Source: Thiobacillus sp. (GTDB lineage: Bacteria > Pseudomonadota > Gammaproteobacteria > Burkholderiales > Thiobacillaceae). From it: a stretch of 64,000 bases of DNA. The notes below the pieces were generated by a model. The model saw only the letters and a list, made by a program, of their open reading frames with translations, had not been told where the DNA came from and did not search any database. The stretch lies in the NCBI GenBank assembly GCA_021166845.1, contig JAJPEP010000053.1:28483-92482 (forward strand). The letters run 5' to 3'. The translations under genes were made by a program, and so were the position numbers. Numbering within the stretch: the first letter of the stretch is position 1; each line of letters starts with the position of its first letter. This document shows positions 54,233 to 63,162 of the stretch, in pieces.

Positions 54233-56728
54233 ATGGCGACTCACAAACACGATCAGCACCCTGTAAGGGTGTTCACACAGACCGAGCTCAAGGAGCTCAA
54301 GCAGGATCCGCAACTCTGTAACCACGAACGGCGTACGTTCCTCAAGTGGGGCGCGCTGCTGACCTCGCAGGCCATTGTCGGCGGAGGCGTGCTGAACCTG
54401 CTGACCGGCGAGGAAGCGATGGCCGACGATACTTTCGTCAATGTGGTCAGTTGGGTGAAGTCGGTGTGCGGCTACTGCTCGGTGGGTTGCGGCCTCGAAA
54501 TCGGCATCAATGCCGCCGGTACGGCGGTGGCGGTGCGCGGCAACGCGGCGCACCCGACCAATGCCGGGCGGGTCTGCGTCAAGGGCCTGTACGAACACAA
54601 AATCCTGGCCGACGAGGACCTGCGCGTGGGCAGCCGCGGCAAGTACCCGATGAGTCGCGACGCCAACGGCAACTGGCAGAACATCACCTGGGACGAAGCC
54701 ACCACCCTGCTCGCCCAGAAGATCATCGAGGCGACCAACACGGCCGGCCCCGATTCGGTAGGCATCTACAACACCGGCCAGTGGACCATCGAGGAATACT
54801 ATTCCATGGGCAAGCTGGGCAAGGGCGCCATCAAGACCAGCACCATGGACTCCAACACCCGCCTGTGCATGGCGGCCGCCGTCTACGGTTACATGAGCAC
54901 CTTCGGCTCCGACGGCCCGCCCGGGTGCTACGACGACATCGAGAACACCGACTGCTTCTTCCTGATCGGCACCAACCCGGCCGAGATGCATCCGCAGGTG
55001 TGGCGGCGCATCATCCTGGCGCGCCGCTCGGCGCGCGCGCCCAAGATGATCGTGGTCGACCCGCGCCGCACCCAGACCGCGCGTAGCGCCGATCTGCACC
55101 TGCAACTCAGGCCCGGCACCAACGTGGCGCTGATGAACGGCATCCTGCAGCAGCTCATCGCCAACAACTGGATCGACAGCGCCTATGTCAACGCGCACAC
55201 CCGCAACTTCGACGCGCTCGCGGCCAAGGTCGCGGCCTACACACCGACCTACGTCGCCGGGATCACCGGACTGACGGCTGCCGACATCCAGACCGCGGCG
55301 CAGTGGATCGGCCAGTCACCCGAAGTGTGGTCGATGTTCATCCAGGGCGTGTACCAGTCGATGGGCGGCACCGACACGGTGCGCCTGATCTGCGCCATGC
55401 ACCTGGTCACCGGCAAGATCGGTCGCCCCGGCTCGTCGCCCTTCTCCATCACCGGCCAGGCCACCGCCATGAGCAACCGCGAAGCCGGCGGTTCCTCAGC
55501 GCTGTCCGGCTACCGCAATTACTACAACCCCGCCCACATCGCCGAGGTGGAACAACTGTGGAACGTCGCGCCGGGCACCATTCCGGCGCACGCCACCACG
55601 GTCATCACCTCCGACATCGACCTGCAGCCGACCATTCCCAGCATGGTCGACATGATGCGCAAGGGCACGCTCAAGGTGTACTGGGTGGCCTGCACCAACC
55701 CCTCGGTCACCCTGCCCGACCTGGACAAGTATCACGACTACCTCAGCTTCAGTAACCCGGCGCGCCCGTTCGTGGTGGTGCAGGACATCTTCGACCCGAT
55801 GGAATCCATGCACTTCGCCGACCTGTTCCTGCCGGCGGCGCAATGGGGCGAGAAGACCGGCACCTACACCTGCTCCGAGCGCCGCGTCAACCTCGGCCAG
55901 CAGGCGGTGCAGCCGGTCGGCTTCGATCTGCGACCGAACTACGGCGCCTACTCCGACCTCGAGATCATCAAGATGGTTTCCGACAAGCTGGCGGCATTCG
56001 ATGTCCGCTTCCGCGACCAAGCCGGCGGTTCGCTGGTGAAAAGCGCCGACCCCGAAACGGTGTTCAACGAATGGAAGCAGGTATCGACAGGCAAGATCTG
56101 CGACATGAGCGGCATGACCTACGCCAATATCGCCGCCAACAGCGGCATTGCCTGGCCGTCGACGCCCGCCAACGTGCTGGGCGGGGCGCGCCTGTACGCC
56201 GATGGCCTGTTCAACACCAACTGGGACCGCGCGCAGTACGGCAAGACCCCGACCGCCGCGTGGATCGACCCGGACGGCCTGAGCCGCGCCTATCTGTGGG
56301 CGGTGGACTACGTGGCGCCGCCGGAAGCGCCGGATGCGAGCTACCCCTTCTGGCTCAACACCGGGCGGGTCATCGAGCATTTCCACTCGCGCACCAAGAC
56401 CAAGCGCGTGGCGCAGTTGCACGAGATGGTGCCGGAGAACTACGTCGAGATCAGCACCGCCGACGCCGCGAACCTGAGTGTGGTCACCGGCGACCTGGTC
56501 AAGGTCACCTCGCGCCGCGGCGAAATCGTGGTCAAGGCAAAGGTCACCGACACGGTGAAGGCGGGGGCGGTGTTCATCCCCATGCACTTCGGCGACCTCG
56601 ACCCGATCGACGTGGCGGAAAACAACGGCCGCAAGGTGTCGGTCAACCGGCTGACCATGAACTACGTCGACAAGGATTGCGCCCAGCCCATCTACAAGCA
56701 TTGCGCCGTCAAACTGGCCAAGGCATAA
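54233..56728 (+). CDS. Tat-exported molybdopterin oxidoreductase, nitrate reductase (NapA/NasA/NarB)-like
   Basis: ERRTFLK Tat motif, CGYCSVGC...CVKG, NTRLCMA, WGEKTGTYTCSERR, LNTGRVIEHFH; GAGGA RBS. Confidence 0.88.
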   Translation: MATHKHDQHPVRVFTQTELKELKQDPQLCNHERRTFLKWGALLTSQAIVGGGVLNLLTGEEAMADDTFVNVVSWVKSVCGYCSVGCGLEIGINAAGTAVAVRGNAAHPTNAGRVCVKGLYEHKILADEDLRVGSRGKYPMSRDANGNWQNITWDEATTLLAQKIIEATNTAGPDSVGIYNTGQWTIEEYYSMGKLGKGAIKTSTMDSNTRLCMAAAVYGYMSTFGSDGPPGCYDDIENTDCFFLIGTNPAEMHPQVWRRIILARRSARAPKMIVVDPRRTQTARSADLHLQLRPGTNVALMNGILQQLIANNWIDSAYVNAHTRNFDALAAKVAAYTPTYVAGITGLTAADIQTAAQWIGQSPEVWSMFIQGVYQSMGGTDTVRLICAMHLVTGKIGRPGSSPFSITGQATAMSNREAGGSSALSGYRNYYNPAHIAEVEQLWNVAPGTIPAHATTVITSDIDLQPTIPSMVDMMRKGTLKVYWVACTNPSVTLPDLDKYHDYLSFSNPARPFVVVQDIFDPMESMHFADLFLPAAQWGEKTGTYTCSERRVNLGQQAVQPVGFDLRPNYGAYSDLEIIKMVSDKLAAFDVRFRDQAGGSLVKSADPETVFNEWKQVSTGKICDMSGMTYANIAANSGIAWPSTPANVLGGARLYADGLFNTNWDRAQYGKTPTAAWIDPDGLSRAYLWAVDYVAPPEAPDASYPFWLNTGRVIEHFHSRTKTKRVAQLHEMVPENYVEISTADAANLSVVTGDLVKVTSRRGEIVVKAKVTDTVKAGAVFIPMHFGDLDPIDVAENNGRKVSVNRLTMNYVDKDCAQPIYKHCAVKLAKA

Positions 56729-56746
56729 ATAAGGAACCCAACCATC

Positions 56747-57199
56747 ATGATGCTATCCAGAACATTCGCGTCGATTTTCAAGGTCTTTCTCGCCGGTCTG
56801 CTGCTGACCAGCGCATCGGTGTGGGCCGCCGGCCCCGGGGGCACGACCAGCGGCGTCCTGCCCGGCGAGGACACCAGCTATGCCATCGAAAAGGAGTACT
56901 CCTGCCTCACCGGCGGCTGCCACGAAACCAACACCCAGCTGCTGACCGACCACGCCAACTCGCTGATGACCCACGCCATGGTCAAATGCAACGCCTGCCA
57001 TGGCACCCATACCGCCTCGCAGCTGGGGCTGCCGAAACCCAACCTCACCGGCTACTATCCCGGAATCGGCGCAACCGGTTACGTGGTGGGCAAGGACCGC
57101 TGCCTCACCTGCCACAGCGCGAGGCTGCTGCAGGGCGGGCATCCGAACAACCCGAGCGAGTGCATCAGCTGCCACGCGCCGCACATGTTCCTCAAGTAG
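56747..57199 (+). CDS. Small periplasmic tetraheme cytochrome c
   Basis: Signal peptide; CLTGGCH (CX4CH), CNACH, CLTCH, CISCH. Confidence 0.85.
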   Translation: MMLSRTFASIFKVFLAGLLLTSASVWAAGPGGTTSGVLPGEDTSYAIEKEYSCLTGGCHETNTQLLTDHANSLMTHAMVKCNACHGTHTASQLGLPKPNLTGYYPGIGATGYVVGKDRCLTCHSARLLQGGHPNNPSECISCHAPHMFLK

Positions 57200-57243
57200 A
57201 GCCTCGGCATACTTCCCGGCAAGACCGGGAAGTCCTCTCCGCT

Positions 57244-57288
57244 AGCAGGACAGCAGCAGAGACTCTCTGCTCTGTGCCTGCTTTTTTT
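57244..57288 (+). terminator. Probable Rho-independent terminator
   Basis: AGCAGG-ACAG..GCAGAGA/TCTCTGC..CTGT-GCCTGCT followed by a T run; a second hairpin ACTTCCCGG/CCGGGAAGT lies at 57211-57233. Confidence 0.65.
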
Positions 57289-57380
57289 GTTACCCTCAGC
57301 GCCATCTTGCTTATAAACCTCATCTTGCCTGCCACCACCGATCTTTGTCGCCTTCAGGCCCGTTTCGCCGGGGCCAGGCC

Positions 57381-58100
57381 ATGAGCGCCCTGCCGCCGGT
57401 CGCGACGGCCCGGCTTCTGGTCGGGCGGGCGCTGCCCTTCGGACCCAACGGCGAACCCAGCGCCATCGACAAGCATCCAGCCGTCCGGCCTTTGAGGCTG
57501 ACCGCTACCGGCTTCGAGGGCGACGAGCAGGGCGACCCCCGCCATCACGGCGGCCCGGACAAGGCCGTGCACCACTATCCGGGGGAACACTACGCCGCAT
57601 GGCGCCTCGAACTGCCGGAATTGCTGGCGGAACGATTCGGGGTCGGGGCCTTCGGCGAAAATCTCGGCACCATCGGCCTGACCGAGGCGAACGTCTGTAT
57701 CGGCGACATTTTCCGCCTCGGCACCGCGCTGATCCAGGTCTCCCAAGCACGCCAGCCCTGCTGGAAACTCAACCTGCGTTTCGGCAAGCCGGACATGTCC
57801 AGACGAGTGCAGGAAAGCGCTCGCACCGGCTGGTACTACCGCGTGCTGGAAACCGGCGAGGTCGCGCCCGGCGCCGAACTTCGCCTGCTCGACCGCCCGC
57901 GCCCCGACTGGCCATTGGCGCACCTGTTGCACCACCTCTATGCCGATCCGCTGAATGTCGATGCACTCGCCGCCATCAAGGCATTGGGTGCTCTGTCCGC
58001 TTCCTGGCGAGAGCTGGCGCAACGACGCCTGACATCAGGACAGGTCGAGGACTGGTCGCGCCGTCTGAATACGCCCGCCAAGCAGGCACGGCATCCATAG
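57381..58100 (+). CDS. MOSC domain protein (YiiM-like, with 3-alpha domain)
   Basis: HGGPDKAV, FGENL, QARQPCWKL, RTGWYYRVL. Confidence 0.9.
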   Translation: MSALPPVATARLLVGRALPFGPNGEPSAIDKHPAVRPLRLTATGFEGDEQGDPRHHGGPDKAVHHYPGEHYAAWRLELPELLAERFGVGAFGENLGTIGLTEANVCIGDIFRLGTALIQVSQARQPCWKLNLRFGKPDMSRRVQESARTGWYYRVLETGEVAPGAELRLLDRPRPDWPLAHLLHHLYADPLNVDALAAIKALGALSASWRELAQRRLTSGQVEDWSRRLNTPAKQARHP

Positions 58101-58200
58101 CCCAACCCATGACCGGAGCCGCGAACAACAAGCGGTCGGCGTGGCTGGCGGTCAACGAACCGGCGAGCAGTCCCTGTGGTGAATGAACCGATGTTTCCAA

Positions 58201-58233
58201 TAAAAAAGCCCCTACAAAATTTGCAGGGACTTT
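58201..58233 (-). terminator. Probable terminator downstream of phoX
   Basis: Imperfect hairpin CCCT.CAAA/TTTG.AGGG with an A run on the + strand. Confidence 0.5.
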
Positions 58234-58276
58234 GACGTGCGGGGCGGTTCAACGCCCCTGCACAGCCGTCGTCGTA

Positions 58277-59614
58277 TTACTTGTTGCCTTGATGCTGCCT
58301 GGTGATGGCCATGGTTTTGTCGTTGCCGGTACCCGAATGCTGCACGTTGACGTACAGGGTGTGCGGGTCCTTGCCGAAGTAGATGCCGGAGCCTTCAGCC
58401 GGCTTGTCCTTGAGCGAAGCGAACAGATGCACGCCATCCTTGTAGCCGTCGCCGTTGGTGTCTTTGGAGCGCGGGTCATACACCCAGATATCGCTGAAGG
58501 CGTTGTCTTCGATGATCCACAGCTTGCCGTCGGGGCCGTTGGCCAGGTTGTCCGGGCCTTTGAAGCCGGTGATGCCGGCGGCCTGGTCTTCAATCGGCAC
58601 ATTCTTGCCGGCGGAAACGACGTAACGGACCATGGGCTTGTCGCCCAGTTCGACGGCCATTACCGCGCCCTTGCCGCTGATGTTGGCGGGGCTGTCGACG
58701 TCCTCGCAGGTCAGCGCCACATACAGGGTGCGGTCGATGCGCTCAAGGTCTTCGGGACGGCAGTACTCGGCGGCGCCAACCGCGGTCGCGGCGGCGTGCG
58801 CCTTGATCTGGGCCTGGGTCATGTCGAGCGCAACCCATTCGGCGGCGCCGGTCTTGCCGCCACCCGCCACCTTCAGGGCATACAACTGGCCGCTGGAAAG
58901 ATCGCCGTAGGCAGCTGGCACGAACTTGTATATTGAACCCTTGCGGTCTTCGTCGATAACATAGACGTTGCCTTCGGCGTCAATCTCGATGCCTTCGTGG
59001 GCCAGCGCGCCGAGCATCGGGCGCACGGTCACGCTCTCGGCGGACATGGAGTCATGCTTGTCCAGCTTGAGCTCATACAGCAGGCCAGCCTGGGCTTGGG
59101 GCGCATCGGGATCGGGACGCGCGGCGGTGCCGACTTCCTCGGCGAACAGCACGGTCCGCCACGGGGTCCAGACGATGCCGTCCAGCGCTTCCCAGTCGGC
59201 ACGGCCGGCGACTTCCTTGGCGACCCCCGTCTTCAGGTCGACCACCGACACGGCGCCGCCGCTGCCGCCGTCGTTGCGCGCGGAGTTGCCGTCGTTGCCG
59301 ATGGCGCCGCCACGTACTTCGTGCGTGCGGTACAGGTAGCGGCCGGCGTCCTTGCCGGTTTCGTTGACGGTCAGCATGTCGTGCCAATCGTTGGCGACGT
59401 AGATGTCGAGGCCGGTCTCGTCGGAAACGATGGACTGGACATAGCCCTCGGGAATCATCCAGGGGGTGGCGGCAATGCCGGGATCGGCGTCCATGCCGTA
59501 AGCGGAGGCGGCGATGGGGGTGAACGACATGGGACCATTCACGACGGTGGCGTCGGCGTGGGCATTGACAGCGAAGGCGGCGGCCAGGGTGAGGGCAAGC
59601 GCGGAAATTTTCAT
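58277..59614 (-). CDS. phoX: PhoX-family (DUF839) alkaline phosphatase-like protein
   Basis: Sec signal (AHA-D), AHEGI, RPEDLE, GPDNL, LYVNVQH. Confidence 0.8.
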   Translation of the reverse strand: MKISALALTLAAAFAVNAHADATVVNGPMSFTPIAASAYGMDADPGIAATPWMIPEGYVQSIVSDETGLDIYVANDWHDMLTVNETGKDAGRYLYRTHEVRGGAIGNDGNSARNDGGSGGAVSVVDLKTGVAKEVAGRADWEALDGIVWTPWRTVLFAEEVGTAARPDPDAPQAQAGLLYELKLDKHDSMSAESVTVRPMLGALAHEGIEIDAEGNVYVIDEDRKGSIYKFVPAAYGDLSSGQLYALKVAGGGKTGAAEWVALDMTQAQIKAHAAATAVGAAEYCRPEDLERIDRTLYVALTCEDVDSPANISGKGAVMAVELGDKPMVRYVVSAGKNVPIEDQAAGITGFKGPDNLANGPDGKLWIIEDNAFSDIWVYDPRSKDTNGDGYKDGVHLFASLKDKPAEGSGIYFGKDPHTLYVNVQHSGTGNDKTMAITRQHQGNK

Positions 59615-59692
59615 TGAATATCTCCTGAAACGACCATGATAAACGGGGTTGCGGCACGGCCAGGCCGCGCCCCGCATTGTTCTGGGAGTGTG

Positions 59693-60223
59693 CTACTTGC
59701 GGATGATCGTTTTGTGAAATGTAGCGTTGCCGTCATCCCCGGAACCCGCTGCCGCAGGCCAGGCTTGCGAGATGAAACATAGTTCGTCCGCAATGATGTC
59801 GGCCAGTTTCCGCGTTGCGGCCCGGACCTCGGTGCAGGGATTCCCACCAGGCATCGCACCGCCGATCTCGATGCCGTAAAGATCCAGCCGGGGCGGCAGG
59901 CTGCCGAGTTCGCGCGCCAGCGACAAGGTATTGAGCACGCCGAATCCATGGCTGGAGAGCCCCTGGCAGTAGGCCGGCCAGTCGTTCACCCCATAGCGCT
60001 GGATCCACCCGGGCTGGCCGCCGCTTTGCATGGCGTCGACCAGAATGACCCAGCTGGCGTTGTCCAGGAGCGGGATCAGGCCGGCGCCGGGCCGATCCAG
60101 CTTTTCGATGACGAGTTCGTCGCCGGCCTTCACGCCGCCGGCCAGCAAGGCATCGACGGTGAGCCAGCCGGCCTGGTCGTCGCCCGACGGCGAGCCGATG
60201 CCGAAGATGCGCACCCGGTTCAT
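59693..60223 (-). CDS. Hydrogenase maturation protease
   Basis: GIGSPSGDDQAGW, VDAMQSG, SSHGFG. Confidence 0.9.
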   Translation of the reverse strand: MNRVRIFGIGSPSGDDQAGWLTVDALLAGGVKAGDELVIEKLDRPGAGLIPLLDNASWVILVDAMQSGGQPGWIQRYGVNDWPAYCQGLSSHGFGVLNTLSLARELGSLPPRLDLYGIEIGGAMPGGNPCTEVRAATRKLADIIADELCFISQAWPAAAGSGDDGNATFHKTIIRK

Positions 60224-61521
60224 CCGCGCTCGACCTTCATCCGCAGAAAATGGGTGGCGCAGGAAATGCAGGGGTCGTAGTTGCGGATGACTTTTTCGCA
60301 GTGCAGGCGCAGCGCGTCGTCCGCATGGTCGAGCCCGAAGTTGAGCAGCGACAGCCGCAAATCCTCCTCGATGCGCGCCTGGTTCTGGCTGGTCGGCGGC
60401 ACGATGCGCGCGTTGACCACGCGGCCTTCGTCGTTCATTTCGTAGCGGTGCCACAACAGGCCGCGCGGCGCCTCGGTGCAGCCGGTGGCCACGCCGGCAC
60501 GCGGGCTGACCGGCACCGCGGGCGAATCCGGCACCCGGTAGGCGTCGAGCAGGCGCAGCGCTTCGTGCAGGGTGAGCAGGATTTCCGCCGCGCGCGCGAC
60601 CAGGCTGTGGAACAGGTTGCGGCTGGGCAGCACCAGACCGGCCTCTTCCAGCAGCGCTTTGACCCGTTCGGGCAGGCGCTCATGGTTGAGGTTGAGACGC
60701 GCCAGCGGCCCGACCAGATAGGGCTGGCCGTGATAGCTGCTGAACAGCGCGGTGGAATGCGCCTGCTGCTGCTCGGCGAAGTGTTCGCCGTAGGCTTCCG
60801 CTTCGATGAGCAGGCCGTCGCTGGCGGCAATCGCTCCGGTCTCGATGGCGTAGTCGCGCGCGTGCCGCATCGCGACCGAGACAAAGGCCTGGTCGTCCTG
60901 CGGCACCGCAATGCCGGCCGCCCAGCGGATCAGCGCTTCTGCCTCGGGCAAGGCGGCGCGCAGTTTCCCCCGGATTTCCTCGACACGGGACAGCGCGGGC
61001 GCGCCATGGAATCCCCCCACCCGGATGCCCACCGGGTGCACCGAGCGGGCGCCGAACAGCTCCATCAGCTCGTTGCCGAGCGCCTGGATGCGCAGGCCGC
61101 GGCGCACTTCCTCCGGCGCGATCTTCGCCAGTTCGATGGCGTTATCGCAGCCGAAAAAGTCCGGCGCGGCCAGCAGATGGATGTGCAGGCTGTGGCTCTG
61201 GATCCATTCGCCGCAGTAGAACACCCGGCGCATGGCGCGCGCCCACGGATCGGGTTCGACGCCGAACAGCTTTTCCAGCGCCTGCGCCGCGGTCACCTGG
61301 TAGGCCACCGGGCAGATGCCGCAGATGCGCGCCACCATGTCTGGAATTTCCGTGTAGTGGCGGCCCTCCAGAAACTTTTCGAAGAAGCGCGGCGGCTCGA
61401 AAATGCGCAGGCGCAACTGGGTGATGTCGCCGTCTTCGATGCGCAGGTCGAGCGCGCCCTCGCCTTCCACCCGCGCGAGCACCGGAACATGAATCGAAAC
61501 CGTTCGTTTCTGGTCACCCAT
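60220..61521 (-). CDS. Group 3b [NiFe] hydrogenase large (alpha) subunit
   Basis: ARVEGEG, L1 RICGICPVAY, L2 YDPCISCATH plus cleavable tail. Confidence 0.94.
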   Translation of the reverse strand: MGDQKRTVSIHVPVLARVEGEGALDLRIEDGDITQLRLRIFEPPRFFEKFLEGRHYTEIPDMVARICGICPVAYQVTAAQALEKLFGVEPDPWARAMRRVFYCGEWIQSHSLHIHLLAAPDFFGCDNAIELAKIAPEEVRRGLRIQALGNELMELFGARSVHPVGIRVGGFHGAPALSRVEEIRGKLRAALPEAEALIRWAAGIAVPQDDQAFVSVAMRHARDYAIETGAIAASDGLLIEAEAYGEHFAEQQQAHSTALFSSYHGQPYLVGPLARLNLNHERLPERVKALLEEAGLVLPSRNLFHSLVARAAEILLTLHEALRLLDAYRVPDSPAVPVSPRAGVATGCTEAPRGLLWHRYEMNDEGRVVNARIVPPTSQNQARIEEDLRLSLLNFGLDHADDALRLHCEKVIRNYDPCISCATHFLRMKVERG

Positions 61522-62314
61522 CGCCGCGCATCCTGAGCTTGTCGGCGGCCGCCAGAAACACCGGCGCCTGGCTGTTGATCGACCGGAAGCGCTGCACGAT
61601 GTCCAGAGGCTTGAGCCCCAGGCTGGCGAACTGCGCAGCCAGTGCGTCGGTGTTGGCATTTTCCGCCGGACCGTAGCAGCCGTAGCAGTCGCGGCCGAGG
61701 CCGGGGCACAGCGCGCCGCAGCCGGCCCGCGTCACCGGCCCCATGCAGGCGATGCCGCGGCCCACCATCACGCAGGGATAACCGTTGCGCTTGCATTCGG
61801 TGCACACCTTGTCGGCGTTGTCGCGCGGCGCCACGCCGAGCAGCAGGGAATTCACCACCGCCAGCATCTGCGCGCCGCTGACCGGACAGCCCCACAGCTC
61901 AAAGTCCACTTTCACGTGGCTGGCAATCGGGGTCGACTGCGCCAGACTGCTGATCGCTTCGGGATGGCTGTATATCTGCGCCACCCATTGCGCGTCGTCG
62001 GCGCCGTTGCGCAGGGCCTGGATACCGCCGGCGGTGGCGCAGGCGCCAATGGGAATCAGCAGGCGGCTGTGGGCGCGGATGCGCCGGATGCGCTCGACGT
62101 CTTCCGGCGTCGACACGCTGCCTTCGACGAAAGCGACATCCACGTCGGCATCCGGATCGAACGGCCCGGCTTCGGCGAAGTGCACCAGATCGACCCGCCC
62201 AGCCAGCGTCAGCAGGTCCTCGCCGAGATTGAGCAGGGCCAGCTGGCAGCCGTCGCAGGAACTGAACTTGTGCACCGCCACGCGCGGTTTGAGAATTTCC
62301 ATCGCTACGCTCAT
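61514..62314 (-). CDS. Group 3b hydrogenase small (delta) subunit
   Basis: SSCDGCQ, GACA, GCP, VCTECK...GCGALCP...CYGCYG. Confidence 0.93.
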   Translation of the reverse strand: MSVAMEILKPRVAVHKFSSCDGCQLALLNLGEDLLTLAGRVDLVHFAEAGPFDPDADVDVAFVEGSVSTPEDVERIRRIRAHSRLLIPIGACATAGGIQALRNGADDAQWVAQIYSHPEAISSLAQSTPIASHVKVDFELWGCPVSGAQMLAVVNSLLLGVAPRDNADKVCTECKRNGYPCVMVGRGIACMGPVTRAGCGALCPGLGRDCYGCYGPAENANTDALAAQFASLGLKPLDIVQRFRSINSQAPVFLAAADKLRMRGDG

Positions 62315-63162
62315 CAGAAGCCCCGGTGCGCCAGCAAGGCCTTGGCCTCGCCCCAGTTGAACACCGGGCCGTCGCGGCAGACGAAGGCGCCGCCGAACTG
62401 GCAATGGCCGCAGCGCCCCACCGCGCACTGCATGTTGCGCTCCATGCTCAGGTACAGGCTCGATTCGGGCAGGCCGCGCGCCAGCAGGTGTTCGGCGGTG
62501 ACGCGCATCATGCCTTCCGGTCCGCACATCATCGCCACCGCGCGCGCCGGGTTGAAGCGGGCGAGATCGAACAGTTCCGTCACGCGTCCGACATGCCAGG
62601 GCCACAGCGCGCCGCCCTCGTCGGCCGCCACCAGCACCTGGGTGTCCGGCAGCTTCGCCCAGCGGTCGTATTGCTCGCGCCAGATCAGGTCGTCGGCGTG
62701 CTTCACCCCCTGGATGATGACCAGCTTGCCGAAACGCTCGCGCCGCCGCAGCACGTAATGGATCACCGACACCGCCGGCGCGCAGCCGAGCCCGCCGGTC
62801 ACCAGCACGACGTCGCGCCCGCCCATTTCCTGCAGCGGCCAGCCGCGCCCGAACGGGCCGCGCAGGCCGACACGGTCGCCCGGCCGCAGCGCCGCCAGCC
62901 CCCGCGTGACGCGCCCCACCGCGCGGAGGGTATGGCCGATGCCATCGCGCTCCTCCGGGTCGGACATGATGGAAATCGGCGCCTCGCCGACGCCATAGAG
63001 ATACAGCATGTTGAACTGGCCCGGCGCGAAACGGTACGCCGCCTGCGCCGCCGCATCGTCGAGGCGCAGCTTGAGGGTGAAGATGGTCGGCGACTCCTGG
63101 CTGCGTGCCACCACGCTGGCCGTGTGCGGAGGTCCGGCGTCAATGGCGGACGGCGCGTTCAT
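62314..63162 (-). CDS. Group 3b hydrogenase gamma subunit (FAD/NAD(P), 2Fe-2S)
   Basis: PGQFNMLY, GPFG, ERNMQCAVGRCGHC...CRDGPV. Confidence 0.93.
   Translation of the reverse strand: MNAPSAIDAGPPHTASVVARSQESPTIFTLKLRLDDAAAQAAYRFAPGQFNMLYLYGVGEAPISIMSDPEERDGIGHTLRAVGRVTRGLAALRPGDRVGLRGPFGRGWPLQEMGGRDVVLVTGGLGCAPAVSVIHYVLRRRERFGKLVIIQGVKHADDLIWREQYDRWAKLPDTQVLVAADEGGALWPWHVGRVTELFDLARFNPARAVAMMCGPEGMMRVTAEHLLARGLPESSLYLSMERNMQCAVGRCGHCQFGGAFVCRDGPVFNWGEAKALLAHRGF

Noticed and set aside
60220-61521. [NiFeSe] hydrogenase, given the Sec machinery
   Set aside because: Both L1 and L2 motifs use Cys codons (DPCISC); there is no in-frame UGA
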